From Bacteroidales bacterium (GTDB lineage Bacteria > Bacteroidota > Bacteroidia > Bacteroidales > CAIWKO01), in assembly GCA_035371225.1 (NCBI GenBank), contig DAOOWO010000002.1, positions 1 to 43,234 of the forward strand: a DNA stretch of 43,234 nucleotides. Reading direction: 5' to 3'. Below the pieces are notes generated by a model. The model saw only the letters and a list, made by a program, of their open reading frames with translations, was not told where the DNA came from and ran no database searches. Shown here piece after piece: positions 1 through 10,547 of the stretch (the first letter of the stretch is position 1; the number at the start of each line of letters is the position of its first letter). Position numbers and translations under genes: made by a program.

Positions 1-999
1 AAACGCCGCAGAAAAGTCAATCCTAATGACAAAAACGCCAAAATCTGTTTTACCGACGAAAATAATGACACCTGGGAAGAATATAATGTGTTTCATCCCA
101 AGTTTCTGAAATGGCTTAAAGTAAAAGGCTATGACGTAGAAGAAATAAAAACCTATTCCGACGAAGAACTGGCTCCTATCATCAAACTCTCACCTTATTA
201 TAAAGCTACTGCCAACGATATCGACTGGATTGCCAAGGTAAAAATGCAGGGGGCTATTCAAAAATGGGTTGATCACTCTATCAGTGTTACCGTTAATGTT
301 CCCAGGGAAACCACCGAGGAAATGGTAAGCAATATTTATTATACTGCCTGGGAATCAGGATGTAAAGGAGTTACCATTTATCGCGATGGGTCCAGGGCGG
401 GTGTGCTGGTCTCAGATTCGCCCAAAAAAGACGAAAACGTTATTGATTTTAAAGAAACTCGTGCCCCACAACGCCCCAAACGCCTGGAAACCGATGTCGT
501 TCGTTTTCAGAACGATTACGAACAATGGATAGCCTTTGTGGGACTGATTAATGGCAAGCCCTATGAGATTTTTACCGGTAAAGCCGATGACTTTTATTTG
601 CCTCCTTTCGTTAAAAAAGGATGGGTAATAAAAAATAAAATCGATGACGAAAATTCACGCTATGATTTCCAGTATGAAGATAAGCAAGGCTATAAAACCA
701 CCATCGAAGGACTGTCGCGTTCTTTTGATGAGGAATTTTGGAATTATGCCAAGCTGATTTCAGGTATTTTGCGGCATGGAATGCCATTGCAATATGCTGT
801 GGATCTCATTTCAAACCTGCACCTCGACAGCGATTCAATCAATACCTGGAAAAACGGTGTGGTTCGCGCATTAAAGAAATTCATTCCTGAAGGAACCCCG
901 GCTGTGGATGAAAAATGCCACAAATGCGGCGAAGCTACTTTGATATATACCGAAGGCTGCCTCAAATGCACATCTTGCGGATATTCAAAATGCGGATAA
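1..999 (+). CDS. nrdJ: Class II (adenosylcobalamin-dependent) ribonucleotide reductase, C-terminal portion; the gene starts upstream of the window
   Basis: Frame 1 is open from base 1 (KRRRKVNPNDKNAKICFTDENNDTWEEYNV precedes the listed Met at 88). The translation carries GCKGVTIYRDGSRAGVL, typical of B12-dependent RNRs, and a Cys-rich C-terminal tail CHKCGEATLIYTEGCLKCTSCGYSKCG. Confidence 0.75.
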   Translation, partial: KRRRKVNPNDKNAKICFTDENNDTWEEYNVFHPKFLKWLKVKGYDVEEIKTYSDEELAPIIKLSPYYKATANDIDWIAKVKMQGAIQKWVDHSISVTVNVPRETTEEMVSNIYYTAWESGCKGVTIYRDGSRAGVLVSDSPKKDENVIDFKETRAPQRPKRLETDVVRFQNDYEQWIAFVGLINGKPYEIFTGKADDFYLPPFVKKGWVIKNKIDDENSRYDFQYEDKQGYKTTIEGLSRSFDEEFWNYAKLISGILRHGMPLQYAVDLISNLHLDSDSINTWKNGVVRALKKFIPEGTPAVDEKCHKCGEATLIYTEGCLKCTSCGYSKCG

Positions 1000-1040
1000 A
1001 CATTACGGTTACAGAGCCCGGCAAAAGGGTGTATAAAAAT

Positions 1041-1076
1041 AAAAAGCAGGAAGAAAACCTTCCTGCTTTTTATTTT
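1041..1076. terminator. Bidirectional intrinsic terminator between convergent genes
   Basis: Perfect 9-bp stem AGCAGGAAG (1045-1053) / CTTCCTGCT (1059-1067) with a 5-nt loop, flanked by an A-run on the left and a T-run on the right. Confidence 0.8.
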
Positions 1077-1090
1077 TCTTATAAAACTTA

Positions 1091-1564
1091 TTATGGTTTA
1101 GGTACAGGAACCGGCGAAATTAGGTCAGAGTCCAGTTTTATAAACTCACTTTTCAGATTGTACAAAAGTACTTTCACGTCTTTCTTCTTTTTTATGTCAA
1201 TAACATAATAGTCTCCATCTGCACGATATTGGATAGAAGATTTCATTACCTTAAACCCGGCATAGCTGGTTGCTACATTGTCTTTAATTTTTTGAGGCAC
1301 GTATTGGTAAGGTATAGTCCATATGGTTTTTACCCATTCGCCGCTTTGTTTGATACTTACATTTGCCGTCATTTCGCCTTTAACAAATGATGCCTTGTAA
1401 ACTTCTCCTGTTAGTTCCCAGGCAGGAGCCATACTTACCGTGTCGTGAATCTTATTAAAATATGTCAGCTTAACAGCCGGCGGTACCTGGCTTTTATCAA
1501 TCTTTTGCGCAAATGATACTGTTGCCAGAAGAATTACTGCAATACAAAAACTTATATTTTTCAT
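1091..1564 (-). CDS. Secreted PepSY-like (DUF2874-type) small periplasmic protein
   Basis: N-terminal signal peptide MKNISFCIAVILLATVSFAQ. The beta-rich repeat pattern (VK..F...F......W......YKA.F) resembles PepSY-like beta-lactamase-inhibitor-fold proteins common in Bacteroidota. Confidence 0.55.
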   Translation of the reverse strand: MKNISFCIAVILLATVSFAQKIDKSQVPPAVKLTYFNKIHDTVSMAPAWELTGEVYKASFVKGEMTANVSIKQSGEWVKTIWTIPYQYVPQKIKDNVATSYAGFKVMKSSIQYRADGDYYVIDIKKKKDVKVLLYNLKSEFIKLDSDLISPVPVPKP

Positions 1565-1622
1565 TTTATTTATTTTTTACGAAATTACATATTCTTTAAA
1601 ATGAAAATCCAAAAATCAGAAT

Positions 1623-2432
1623 TTATTTTACCATCGAAGAAAATTGGTTTTTCAGGCCGGAGTATTCGATAAGTTCCATTTTGACTTTTCCGACGAGTAT
1701 AGATGATTCTCCGATAATCGGTATTTTGTTTTTGTCGTCAGTAACCCAAATTGTTACAGGATAGGGATCTTTGAAAACTGTTCCTGTCAGCACCTGTGGC
1801 TTTATTTTTATACAGCGGACTTTTCCAAAACTGGTTTTAATGGTTTCTTTGCCCAGATAGATTACTTTGGTAGAATAAATGGTGTCGTCGAGCATAAATT
1901 GCACCTTAAATTCTCCGTTTTCATCCATTTTTGAAATATCAACGGTGCGTGCATAATAAATAGCTGAGAGTATATCATGAATGTATTCTGGTGTGGGCAT
2001 ATTGTTAGTGCGTGGCCGATGGTTGTCGACAAAATAAGCCATGTTTTTATGCTGGTTGAATGTTATATCCTGGTTAATAATGTAACCACCTTCGTCTACC
2101 CTGCGCAAGAATAACCAGGGCGCCAGCGTTTGTTCATCCACATAGGTCTCGTAACGGTCGTAGACTTTAAAAAACCAGTTAAAAGCTCCTTTGGTTTTTC
2201 CAATTACCTCCAGGTGGTATGTGTCACGGCCTTTAATTTTCTTGTTCTCATCTTTTACCTTAAATGTACAGGTTCCCGCGATTACCTCTCCCGTTAGTAA
2301 AGCATCGTAGTAAGCTTTGTATTTCAGATTTTCACCCCGCTGAAAAGCATCGTTTTTCACTGTCCTTAACTGCGCGAAACCTCCTGAAAATAACATACTG
2401 AAGGCTATCGCGAAAATCATTCTTGTTCTCAT
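1623..2432 (-). CDS. DUF3108-like secreted protein
   Basis: 269-aa ORF with signal peptide MRTRMIFAIAFSMLFSGGFAQ. The overall pattern (GENLKYKAYY...GEVIAG...) recalls DUF3108 family proteins. Function unknown. Confidence 0.55.
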   Translation of the reverse strand: MRTRMIFAIAFSMLFSGGFAQLRTVKNDAFQRGENLKYKAYYDALLTGEVIAGTCTFKVKDENKKIKGRDTYHLEVIGKTKGAFNWFFKVYDRYETYVDEQTLAPWLFLRRVDEGGYIINQDITFNQHKNMAYFVDNHRPRTNNMPTPEYIHDILSAIYYARTVDISKMDENGEFKVQFMLDDTIYSTKVIYLGKETIKTSFGKVRCIKIKPQVLTGTVFKDPYPVTIWVTDDKNKIPIIGESSILVGKVKMELIEYSGLKNQFSSMVK

Positions 2433-2501
2433 GGCATAGGTTTTACCATAAATCAGGCAAAATCTGTTCCAAAAAGATCAATTAATGTATCTTGTTGCTG
2501 A

Positions 2502-5266
2502 TCAGACTACAATGTTGATGATTTTACCGGGAACGATGATGATTTTCCTTGGGGTCTTCCCGCCCAGCCATTTTTCGGCATCTTTATGGGAAAGGGCGCT
2601 TTTTTCAATATCGGCATGGGGCATATCTGCCGGCAGGTTTAAGGTAAAACGCATTTTACCGTTGAATGATACGGCATAGGTAAAAGTGTTTTCGGCAATA
2701 TAGTCAGGGTTGAATTCCGGAAAAACCGCTTTGCTCACACTTTCCTTGTTCCCCAACAAATGCCACAATTCTTCAGCAATATGCGGGGCATAAGGGGAGA
2801 GGATGATGGTGAAATCGCTGAGTACCGCACGCTTGTTGCATTTTATGTCCGAAAGTTCATTCACCCCGATCATAAAGGTGCTGACGGCGGTATTAAAGGA
2901 AAAACGTTCGATATCTTCACGTACCTTTTTTATGGTTTTGTGTAAAACTTTCAGTTCTTCTTTTGTGGGAGTTTCGTCCGAAACACAGAAATTATTGTCG
3001 TGGTCGTGGAACAGCCTCCAAAGCTTGCGGATAAAGCGAAAAACCCCTTCTATGCCTTTGGTATCCCATGGTTTGTGTTGTTCGAGCGGCCCAAGAAACA
3101 TCTCATAAAGACGCAGGGTGTCGGCACCATATTTTTCAACCAGGTCGTCAGGAGTTACCACATTGAATTTAGATTTGGACATTTTTTCCACCTCCGATCC
3201 GCACACATATTTTCCGTCTTCAAGAATAAATTCCGCATTTGCCAGATCGCCTCGCCAAGCCTTGAATTCAGTAATATTTAAAATGTCGTTATGTACCATA
3301 TTGATATCAACCAGTATGGGATCGGTATCGTAGGAGTTTTTTAAGTTGTAAGAAACAAATTTGTTGGTTCCCTTAATCCGGTAAACATAACTCGAACGTC
3401 CCTGTATCATACCCTGGTTGATGAGCTTTTTAAAGGGTTCTTCCTTGCAAACCATGCCAAGATCATATAAAAACTTGTTCCAGAATCTGGAATACATCAG
3501 ATGTCCGGTGGCGTGTTCCGCCCCACCAATATACAGGTCCACGTTTTCCCAGTAAGAGTTGGCTTCTTTCGAAAAATATTCCTTGTCATTATGCGGATCC
3601 ATATAGCGCAGGTAGTAGGCGCTGCTTCCTGCAAAGCCCGGCATGGTGTTGGTTTCGAGTGGAAACCTTCTTTGGTTTTCCAGTTTTGCGCTCTGGCCAG
3701 CGGTGGTTCGCCGGTTTCGGTAGGCAGGTAGGCATCTACGGCTGGCAGTTCCAGGGGAAGTGCCGATTCGTCGAGGGTGTAGGGACAGCCGTCTTTGTAA
3801 TATACCGGGAAGGGTTCACCCCAGTAACGCTGGCGGCTGAAAATGGCATCCCGAAGCCGGTAGTTAATTTTCCCATAACCAAAACCGCCTTCTTCGGCTT
3901 TTTTTATAACTGCTTTTGCTCCTTCGTGGGCCTTCAACCCGTTGATAAATCCTGAGTTTACACAGAATCCCTCTTTGGATTCAAAGGCTTCTTTGGTGAT
4001 GTCTCCTCCGGCAATTACTTCTTTGAGTGGTAACCCGAAATGGTTGGCAAAAGCCCAGTCGCGGCTGTCGTGTGCCGGAACGGCCATCACGGCGCCTGTT
4101 CCATAGCCTGCCAGCACATAATCGCCCACCCAGATGGGCACTTCCTCGTTGGTAAAAGGGTTGACTGCATAAGCTCCCGTAAATTCGCCGGTGATTCTTT
4201 TCACGTCGGCAATACGTTCGCGTTCGCTGCGGTTTTTGGTTTCGTTCAGGTAGTTGTCAATGGTATCTTTGCGGTCGGGAGTGGTAATGCGGCTCACATA
4301 TTCGTGTTCGGGGGCAAAGGTCATATAAGTAACCCCAAAAATAGTGTCGGGACGGGTGGTAAAAATCTCCATAAATAGTCCGTCATGACCTTTGATGGGA
4401 AATTTTATCATGGCTCCTTCAGACCGGCCTATCCAGTTGCGTTGTATTTCTTTTATTGATTCGGGCCAGTCGATAGTATCCAGGCCGTTTAAAAGCCTGT
4501 CGGCATAGGCGGAAATACGTAGCAGCCATTGTTTCATGGTTTTTCTGATTACCGGATGCCCGCCACGAATCGAAAAACCCTCGCTTACCTCGTCGTTGGC
4601 AAGCACCGTGCCCAGTTCCGGACACCAGTTAACCATAGTGTCGGCAAGATAGGCCAGGCGATAATGCATCAGCATATCCTGTTGTTGTTTTTCGTTCATG
4701 GCGTTCCACTCTGATGCCGTAAAGGCAACTACATCGCTGCAGGCAGCACAGATGCAGGTATTCCCCTTGATTTCAAATTCTTTTACCAAATCAGATATTG
4801 GCTCAGCTTTATCGGTTTTTTTGTTGTACCATGAATGAAAAAGTTGGATAAAAGTCCACTGTGTCCAAATGTAATAGTGTGGGTCACAGGTGCGTACCTC
4901 TCGGTCCCAGTCGAATGAAAAACCTATCTTGTCGAGTTGTTCGCGGTAACGGGTAATATTTTTTTCGGTGGTTATAGCCGGATGCTGGCCTGTCTGTATG
5001 GCGTATTGTTCGGCAGGAAGCCCGTAAGCATCATAGCCCATGGGATGGAGCACATTACAGCCGGTGAGTCTTTTGTAACGGGAATAAATGTCTGAAGCGA
5101 TATAACCCAGCGGATGTCCTACATGTAAACCCGCTCCCGAAGGATAAGGGAACATATCGAGCACGTAATATTTAGGTTTAGAATGATCAATTTCAGCTTT
5201 GAAGGTTTTCTGTTCACTCCAGTAGCGTTGCCACTTTTGCTCTATTTCTACAAAATTATAGTCCAT
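2502..5266 (-). pseudogene. leuS: Leucine--tRNA ligase interrupted by a single-base frameshift near 3660-3663 (possible sequencing or assembly indel)
   Basis: The N-terminal ORF 3497..5266 carries the class I HIGH region ([13 protein letters not shown]). The C-terminal ORF 2502..3644 carries KMSKS (EKMSKSKFN). The two ORFs overlap by 148 nt in different frames and are colinear with one LeuRS of roughly 920 aa. Confidence 0.9.
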
Positions 5267-5489
5267 AAACTCTTGAAATATTTAATAAAACAAGCCGCGA
5301 AGTTATGAAATTATAACGAGAGGATGATGAAGCATTTAGAATTTTGGATTTTTTGTGCAATGAGTATGCATGCTATTTGAAAATCAAGTGCGGCCCTGTA
5401 GTATATTTTGTCGTTAACAAGGAAAATAGACAGTACGCATGATATGGACATCTGCTGAAAAAGCAGGTTTGCAGAATAAAAGTTGAGAG

Positions 5490-5497
5490 TACTTTTG
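5490..5497 (+). promoter_or_regulatory. Candidate Bacteroidota -7 promoter box (TACTTTTG) upstream of ftsX
   Basis: Exact match to the TAnnTTTG consensus. It lies in the leuS/ftsX divergent spacer. Confidence 0.35.
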
Positions 5498-5512
5498 CTG
5501 GAGTGAAAGGTA

Positions 5513-5520
5513 TATTTTTG
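5513..5520 (+). promoter_or_regulatory. Candidate -7 promoter box (TATTTTTG) upstream of ftsX
   Basis: Exact TAnnTTTG match, 58 nt upstream of the ftsX ATG. Confidence 0.4.
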
Positions 5521-5577
5521 CTGCGAGATAATACCATATTATTAATTTTACTAATTTAGTCCCCCAAATAGTACAAC

Positions 5578-6459
5578 ATGGGGCATAAGGAAGAAAGATT
5601 TACACGACGGAGGCTTAACAGTTCAAGGATTACAACTATAGTGAGTATTTCGCTGGTGCTGTTTGCCATAGGGCTGGCCGGGCTGCTTTTGCTGCACACA
5701 AAAAAACTTTCCGACCATGTAAAAGAAAATATTGGCTTTACTGTTTATATGAACAAAAACGTAAAGGAAGCCGAAATAATGCAGTTGCAAAAAGAACTGG
5801 ATGCCATGGAATATGTGCGTTCTACCGAATATATCAGCGAAGAAAAAGCTGCCGAAACTTTTCAAAAAGAGTTGGGCGATGATTTTGTAAGTTTTATAGG
5901 ATATAATCCACTGCACACTTCGATAGAGGTTCACCTGAAAGCTGCTTATGCAGAAGATTTTTATTTTACACAGGTTGAAAACATGCTGACCAAAAAACCG
6001 ATTGTAAAGGAAGTTTCCTATCAACGGTCGCTAGTAAAAACTCTTAACGACAATGTTAGAAAAATCACCTTGGTTTTGTTGGTTTTTGGCCTTTTACTGT
6101 TGCTTATTGCCGTTACGCTGATAAATAACACCATCAGGCTGGCAGTGTATTCCAAGCGTTTTCTTATCAAAACCATGCAACTTGTAGGCGCTACTTCAGG
6201 CTTTATCCGTAAGCCCTTTTTATCGGTCAGCATCCTTCACGGCCTGATTTCTTCTTTTATTGCTATAGGGATGCTTGTGGTGGTAATTTATGTTTCACGC
6301 AGTGAAATACCCGAAATCATTAGCCTTCAGAGCCTCGATCTGTTTCTTATATTGTTTGCATTTGTCATCCTGATAGGATTTATTATTTCGGTAGTTTCCA
6401 CTTATATCGCAGTAAGGAAATATTTAAAGCTTAATGTGGATCATTTATATCTTCAATAA
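5578..6459 (+). CDS. ftsX: Cell division ABC-transporter permease-like protein FtsX
   Basis: 293 aa. Basic N-terminus, TM1, a periplasmic loop of about 100 aa and three C-terminal TM helices. Conserved Bacteroidota context with DUF3098-uppP-truB downstream. Confidence 0.85.
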   Translation: MGHKEERFTRRRLNSSRITTIVSISLVLFAIGLAGLLLLHTKKLSDHVKENIGFTVYMNKNVKEAEIMQLQKELDAMEYVRSTEYISEEKAAETFQKELGDDFVSFIGYNPLHTSIEVHLKAAYAEDFYFTQVENMLTKKPIVKEVSYQRSLVKTLNDNVRKITLVLLVFGLLLLLIAVTLINNTIRLAVYSKRFLIKTMQLVGATSGFIRKPFLSVSILHGLISSFIAIGMLVVVIYVSRSEIPEIISLQSLDLFLILFAFVILIGFIISVVSTYIAVRKYLKLNVDHLYLQ

Positions 6460-6485
6460 TTTTTTCAGAAAAAACATTTTTTAAA

Positions 6486-6851
6486 ATGGCACAAAAAAGA
6501 AAACCTAACATAAGTAAAAAACCCGGACAGGAACAAGCAATCAAGACTGAGCCTGTAGTGATTCCTAAACCAGAACCCGTGAAAGGCTATACCAAATCTA
6601 AAACGGCAGAATCCAAAAATCATGGTTTTTTGTTTGACAAAAGAAATTACCTGCTGATGCTGGCCGGGATAGTTTTTATTGTTATCGGCCTGGTAGTGAT
6701 GGCTGGTGGTGGTTCTGACGATCCCAAAGTATTCAATCCGGATATTTTTAATACACAGCGACTCACTGTAGCCCCCATACTTATCCTGCTGGGTTTTGTA
6801 GTTGAGGTGTTTGCCATCATGCTCAAACCGAGAGAAAAAACGGATGCATGA
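6486..6851 (+). CDS. DUF3098-type small membrane protein
   Basis: The C-terminal half has two TM helices ([21 protein letters not shown] and [19 protein letters not shown]) typical of DUF3098. Its stop overlaps the uppP start (ATGA). Confidence 0.65.
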   Translation: MAQKRKPNISKKPGQEQAIKTEPVVIPKPEPVKGYTKSKTAESKNHGFLFDKRNYLLMLAGIVFIVIGLVVMAGGGSDDPKVFNPDIFNTQRLTVAPILILLGFVVEVFAIMLKPREKTDA

Positions 6852-7651
6852 CCTATCTTGAAGCAATTATTATTGCCATCGTAGAAGGTATAACCGAATT
6901 TTTGCCGATTTCTTCTACCGGGCATATGATTATCACCGAGAAACTCCTTGGTGTCGAAAGTTCTGAGTTTACAAAGGCTTTTATCATCAATATACAGTTT
7001 GGCGCCATTTTGTCGGTCGTGGTCATGTATCTCAAACGTTTTTTTCAGTCATTCGATTTTTACCTTAAGCTGGCCATCGCCTGTATTCCCTTGGTTCTGG
7101 CTTTTTTGCTTGAGAAAGTAATCGACCAGATGCTTGAACAGGTGCTGATAGTCGCTATTGCGCTTTTTGCCGGCGGAGTGATATTGATTTTTATCGACAA
7201 ATGGTTTAAAGGCCAGGAAAAGTCCACCAAAGTAATGTCAAATAAAAATGCATTTTTTATCGGGCTGATACAGATTATTTCGGTAATACCCGGTGTCAGC
7301 CGTTCGGCGGCAACCATTATCGGGGGCATGACACAGGGCCTGAACCGCAAGCAGGCTGCTGAATTCAGTTTTTTTCTTGCAGTGCCCACTATGCTGGCTG
7401 CCTCGGGATACAAACTGTTGTCCAATTACGAAGTGCTATTTTTTAATGCAGACAAAACTTTTAATACGCATAACATCTCTCTCTTGCTGGTGGGCAATCT
7501 GGTAGCTTTTGTTGTAGCCATGGCCGCCATAAAGTTTTTGATTTCTTTCTTAACAAAACATGGATTTAAGCTTTTCGGATATTACAGAATCGTGGTAGGG
7601 TTGCTGCTGATAATTCTGTTGCTTGCCGGTGTTGATCTACAAATATTATGA
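6848..7651 (+). CDS. uppP: Undecaprenyl-diphosphate phosphatase
   Basis: The N-terminal signature [17 protein letters not shown] and the [10 protein letters not shown] motif match the BacA/UppP family. 267 aa polytopic membrane protein. Confidence 0.93.
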   Translation: MTYLEAIIIAIVEGITEFLPISSTGHMIITEKLLGVESSEFTKAFIINIQFGAILSVVVMYLKRFFQSFDFYLKLAIACIPLVLAFLLEKVIDQMLEQVLIVAIALFAGGVILIFIDKWFKGQEKSTKVMSNKNAFFIGLIQIISVIPGVSRSAATIIGGMTQGLNRKQAAEFSFFLAVPTMLAASGYKLLSNYEVLFFNADKTFNTHNISLLLVGNLVAFVVAMAAIKFLISFLTKHGFKLFGYYRIVVGLLLIILLLAGVDLQIL

Positions 7652-8355
7652 GCCAGTTTTTTAATTTTCCGGAAGGCGAGGTTTTATTTATCGACAAGCC
7701 TTACAAATGGACATCTTTTGATGTTGTCGGGAAGGTGAGATTTATTCTAAAACATCAGCTTGGTATAAAAAAGATTAAGGTGGGGCACAGCGGAACACTT
7801 GACCCGCTGGCTACAGGACTGCTGATTATTTGCACCGGCAAGGCCACAAAAAGAATAGAAGAATTTCTTAATCTCGATAAGGTTTATTCCGGCACCATCA
7901 TGCTGGGAGCCACCACACCTTCTTTCGATCTGGAAACAGAAATCAGCCAGACTTTCGACACGGCAGGACTCACCGAGGAAGACATCCTGTCTACGGCCCT
8001 GAAATTTGTCGGCCTGCAAAATCAGGTTCCGCCGGTTTATTCGGCGATAAGGGTTAATGGGAAAAGAGCTTATGAGATGGCGAGAAGCAAGCAGGAATGC
8101 ATCCTTGAGCCTAAAAGAGTGCACATAAAAAGTTTTGAGATTACCAAAATTCAGCTACCGTTGGTGGATTTTCGGGTCTCGTGCAGCAAGGGAACTTATA
8201 TACGTGCGCTGGCCAGAGATTTCGGCGAATCATTAGGCTGCGGGGCACACCTTACCAGCCTGTGCCGCGAATCTATCGGGAACATTTCCCTCAGCGAGGC
8301 TTTGAGTATTCAGCAATTTGAGTTCCTGGTAGCACAACAGAACCCTTCAGTGTAG
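7648..8355 (+). CDS. truB: tRNA pseudouridine(55) synthase
   Basis: Catalytic motif [23 protein letters not shown]. 235 aa. The start overlaps the uppP stop (ATGA). Confidence 0.93.
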   Translation: MSQFFNFPEGEVLFIDKPYKWTSFDVVGKVRFILKHQLGIKKIKVGHSGTLDPLATGLLIICTGKATKRIEEFLNLDKVYSGTIMLGATTPSFDLETEISQTFDTAGLTEEDILSTALKFVGLQNQVPPVYSAIRVNGKRAYEMARSKQECILEPKRVHIKSFEITKIQLPLVDFRVSCSKGTYIRALARDFGESLGCGAHLTSLCRESIGNISLSEALSIQQFEFLVAQQNPSV

Positions 8356-8399
8356 AATTTCGGGTGTTTTTTCCTGAATTTTTCAGTTTCCAATTACTA

Positions 8400-10457
8400 T
8401 CAATTCATCCCTGTTTTTGCCAATGCTTCTCTGGTGGCCTTGATCATCGGTTGTATCGAGATTGGTTCGCCAACAGCATGCTTCATCCACACTTCGGGGA
8501 TGGTGCGGCCATAGGAAAACATGCGGATGACTTCGTCGGCAAACTTTTTATCTTTCATATAGGCTTCAACCTGGAACTGTATCAGGTGTCCGATTGGATA
8601 GTTGGATAGATACAAAGGATTGTCAATCATGTGCGAATAGATGCCAAGTATGGGGCAGTCTTTGATTCCAAAAACATCTGCATAATATTTGTTCCAAACT
8701 TCTTTGGCGTTGGCTATCACAGCTTCTTTAAGTTCTTCCTTAGTGGCTTTGGGGTGTTCGTACAGCCATTTCCATGTCTGCATATCTACAAGTGAAACAC
8801 CCATAATTTCGTAGCATGACCAAAAATCGTCGAGTACCTGCAAGTTTTCTTTTTGAGGGTCGGGATTATTGATGTCGAGGAGGCCGAGATCGCGTTTCTG
8901 GAAGATAAAGGCCAGTGCTTCAGTAAATCCGGTGTTGGGAACACCGGCCAGGGAATAATAATCAACATCGTACATCGATAAGGTTTGTTCTACATTATGT
9001 CCGAATTCGTGGCAGGCGATATTGTATCCTTTATAATTCCATCCTTCCTTCGGGAAGCGGGTGCGGAGGTGCGAAACGTCGCCTTTCATCATGGTTCCCC
9101 AGGCATGTCCCGATCCGCGTGCCGGGTCAATAACAATTTTTGAAGCGAGGTATTCGGCCTTGTCCTTTGAAAAACCAAGTTTTGTCAGGATGTTGGGAAG
9201 ATCGTTTTGGTAATCGGCAACATTTTTGTATTTTGCCCTTACTTTTGCCGTTAATTCATCTTCTGAAATGGAACTTCTGGGTTTGAAACCGTCGTACCAG
9301 ATATCAAAGGGTTCCAGCTTGCGGTTGAGTCGTTTGCTGATGCTTTTGGCTACCTGTTTCACTTCGGGGGAAGAAACAAAGTCGATAAACAGTTTTTCAA
9401 CTTCCTGCTGCGGCATTTCCATTCCTTGTTCAGTGGCGCGCTGAATGTAGGTAGGGTATTGCGGGTTGTATTCGTCAATTTTTTGTATAGCGTTGAACAG
9501 GCCCAGCATGTGTCCGTAGCGGTTATTATCTTCGGGCTTGGCGGCGATTTCTTTTTTATCTTTAAAAACTTTGTTTGAATAAGGATTCCATTGCACGCCA
9601 GGGTTGTTGATAGCGCTGTCGGGGATTTCCTGCAGTATGATGCGGAGCATTACCTGGTAAATCATTTTCTGTTTCAGCAGGCCGTTTTCGCCCTGATAAT
9701 TTGCTTTCAGTTCATCGCGTAACCCCCAGTGGCTGATTAGCTTCATATCCTTTGGAAAATAAGAAGCGCCTTTGTCATCGATAAGGTTTCCCATATAAAT
9801 GTTGTATTCCGAAATATACATATCGGCTTTGGTAAGCGCGTCGGAAAACTGTTGTTGTGCTTCTGCGGGAACGCGTGAGGTATACATGTCCCCCAAACGT
9901 GCATAGGCCCATTGTGTTCTGTTCCATTTCGGGCCGAGTTCAATTTTTTCTTTTAACGTATAAAAAGGAAAATTCAATATGGTGGTAAATGCAATCTTGT
10001 TGGCGAAAAAGTCGTCGTTCAGGTGGGCAAAGGGGTCATAAGCCCCGAAAATGTCATCTACGGGGATCATTTCCCCATCGTCAATGTGGAGCGGGCGTTT
10101 AAGGTCGATGCTTATCCTGTTGAAATTTCCGAAAAGGACTTCAAAGTTGGTTTGTAAGCGTGCGAATAATGTGTTCAGTGCGGTGGTGTCGCCGGCAAAA
10201 TTCTGCAAACAGAATTCTTTAAACTCATTTTCAGTGCCGTCGTTTTTTGTCCAGAGAGCAGCAGCCTGACTAACTCCGCGGGTAATGCGTTCTTTTTGCT
10301 GGTTGCCGTATTTGGCAATGAGATTGTTGACCGTTGAATCAACAGTGGTTTGAGTGATGGATCCCATTTGTTGTTTGGTTTTTGATTTGTCGGCCCTGTG
10401 GCATTGTGCGAAAGACAGTGCCAACGGAATACATAATAAAAAAATAATTTTATTCAT
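8400..10457 (-). CDS. Secreted zinc metallopeptidase lipoprotein (gluzincin, M3-like HEFGH...E motif), family unassigned
   Basis: HEXXH site ACHEFGHNVEQ with a downstream GFTEALAFIFQ glutamate. The preferred start is the ATG at 10457, giving MNKIIFLLCIPLALSFAQC (lipobox Cys). The track start at 10514 is a TTG. Confidence 0.7.
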   Translation of the reverse strand: MNKIIFLLCIPLALSFAQCHRADKSKTKQQMGSITQTTVDSTVNNLIAKYGNQQKERITRGVSQAAALWTKNDGTENEFKEFCLQNFAGDTTALNTLFARLQTNFEVLFGNFNRISIDLKRPLHIDDGEMIPVDDIFGAYDPFAHLNDDFFANKIAFTTILNFPFYTLKEKIELGPKWNRTQWAYARLGDMYTSRVPAEAQQQFSDALTKADMYISEYNIYMGNLIDDKGASYFPKDMKLISHWGLRDELKANYQGENGLLKQKMIYQVMLRIILQEIPDSAINNPGVQWNPYSNKVFKDKKEIAAKPEDNNRYGHMLGLFNAIQKIDEYNPQYPTYIQRATEQGMEMPQQEVEKLFIDFVSSPEVKQVAKSISKRLNRKLEPFDIWYDGFKPRSSISEDELTAKVRAKYKNVADYQNDLPNILTKLGFSKDKAEYLASKIVIDPARGSGHAWGTMMKGDVSHLRTRFPKEGWNYKGYNIACHEFGHNVEQTLSMYDVDYYSLAGVPNTGFTEALAFIFQKRDLGLLDINNPDPQKENLQVLDDFWSCYEIMGVSLVDMQTWKWLYEHPKATKEELKEAVIANAKEVWNKYYADVFGIKDCPILGIYSHMIDNPLYLSNYPIGHLIQFQVEAYMKDKKFADEVIRMFSYGRTIPEVWMKHAVGEPISIQPMIKATREALAKTGMN

Positions 10458-10511
10458 ATTGATTTCATGTTTAGGTTCGTAAATAAAAATGCCAGCTTTT
10501 GAAAACAAACT

Positions 10512-10519
10512 CAAAAGTA
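10512..10519 (-). promoter_or_regulatory. Candidate -7 box (TACTTTTG on the minus strand) for the metallopeptidase gene
   Basis: The plus-strand CAAAAGTA is the reverse complement of TACTTTTG. It lies 55 nt upstream of the ATG at 10457. Confidence 0.35.
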
Positions 10520-10547
10520 TGAAAAAAAAAGAAATTAGTAGTAACTA

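Noticed and set aside
6848-7651. 4-nt ATGA overlaps (DUF3098/uppP and uppP/truB) as something unusual.
   Set aside because: This is ordinary translational coupling within a conserved operon.
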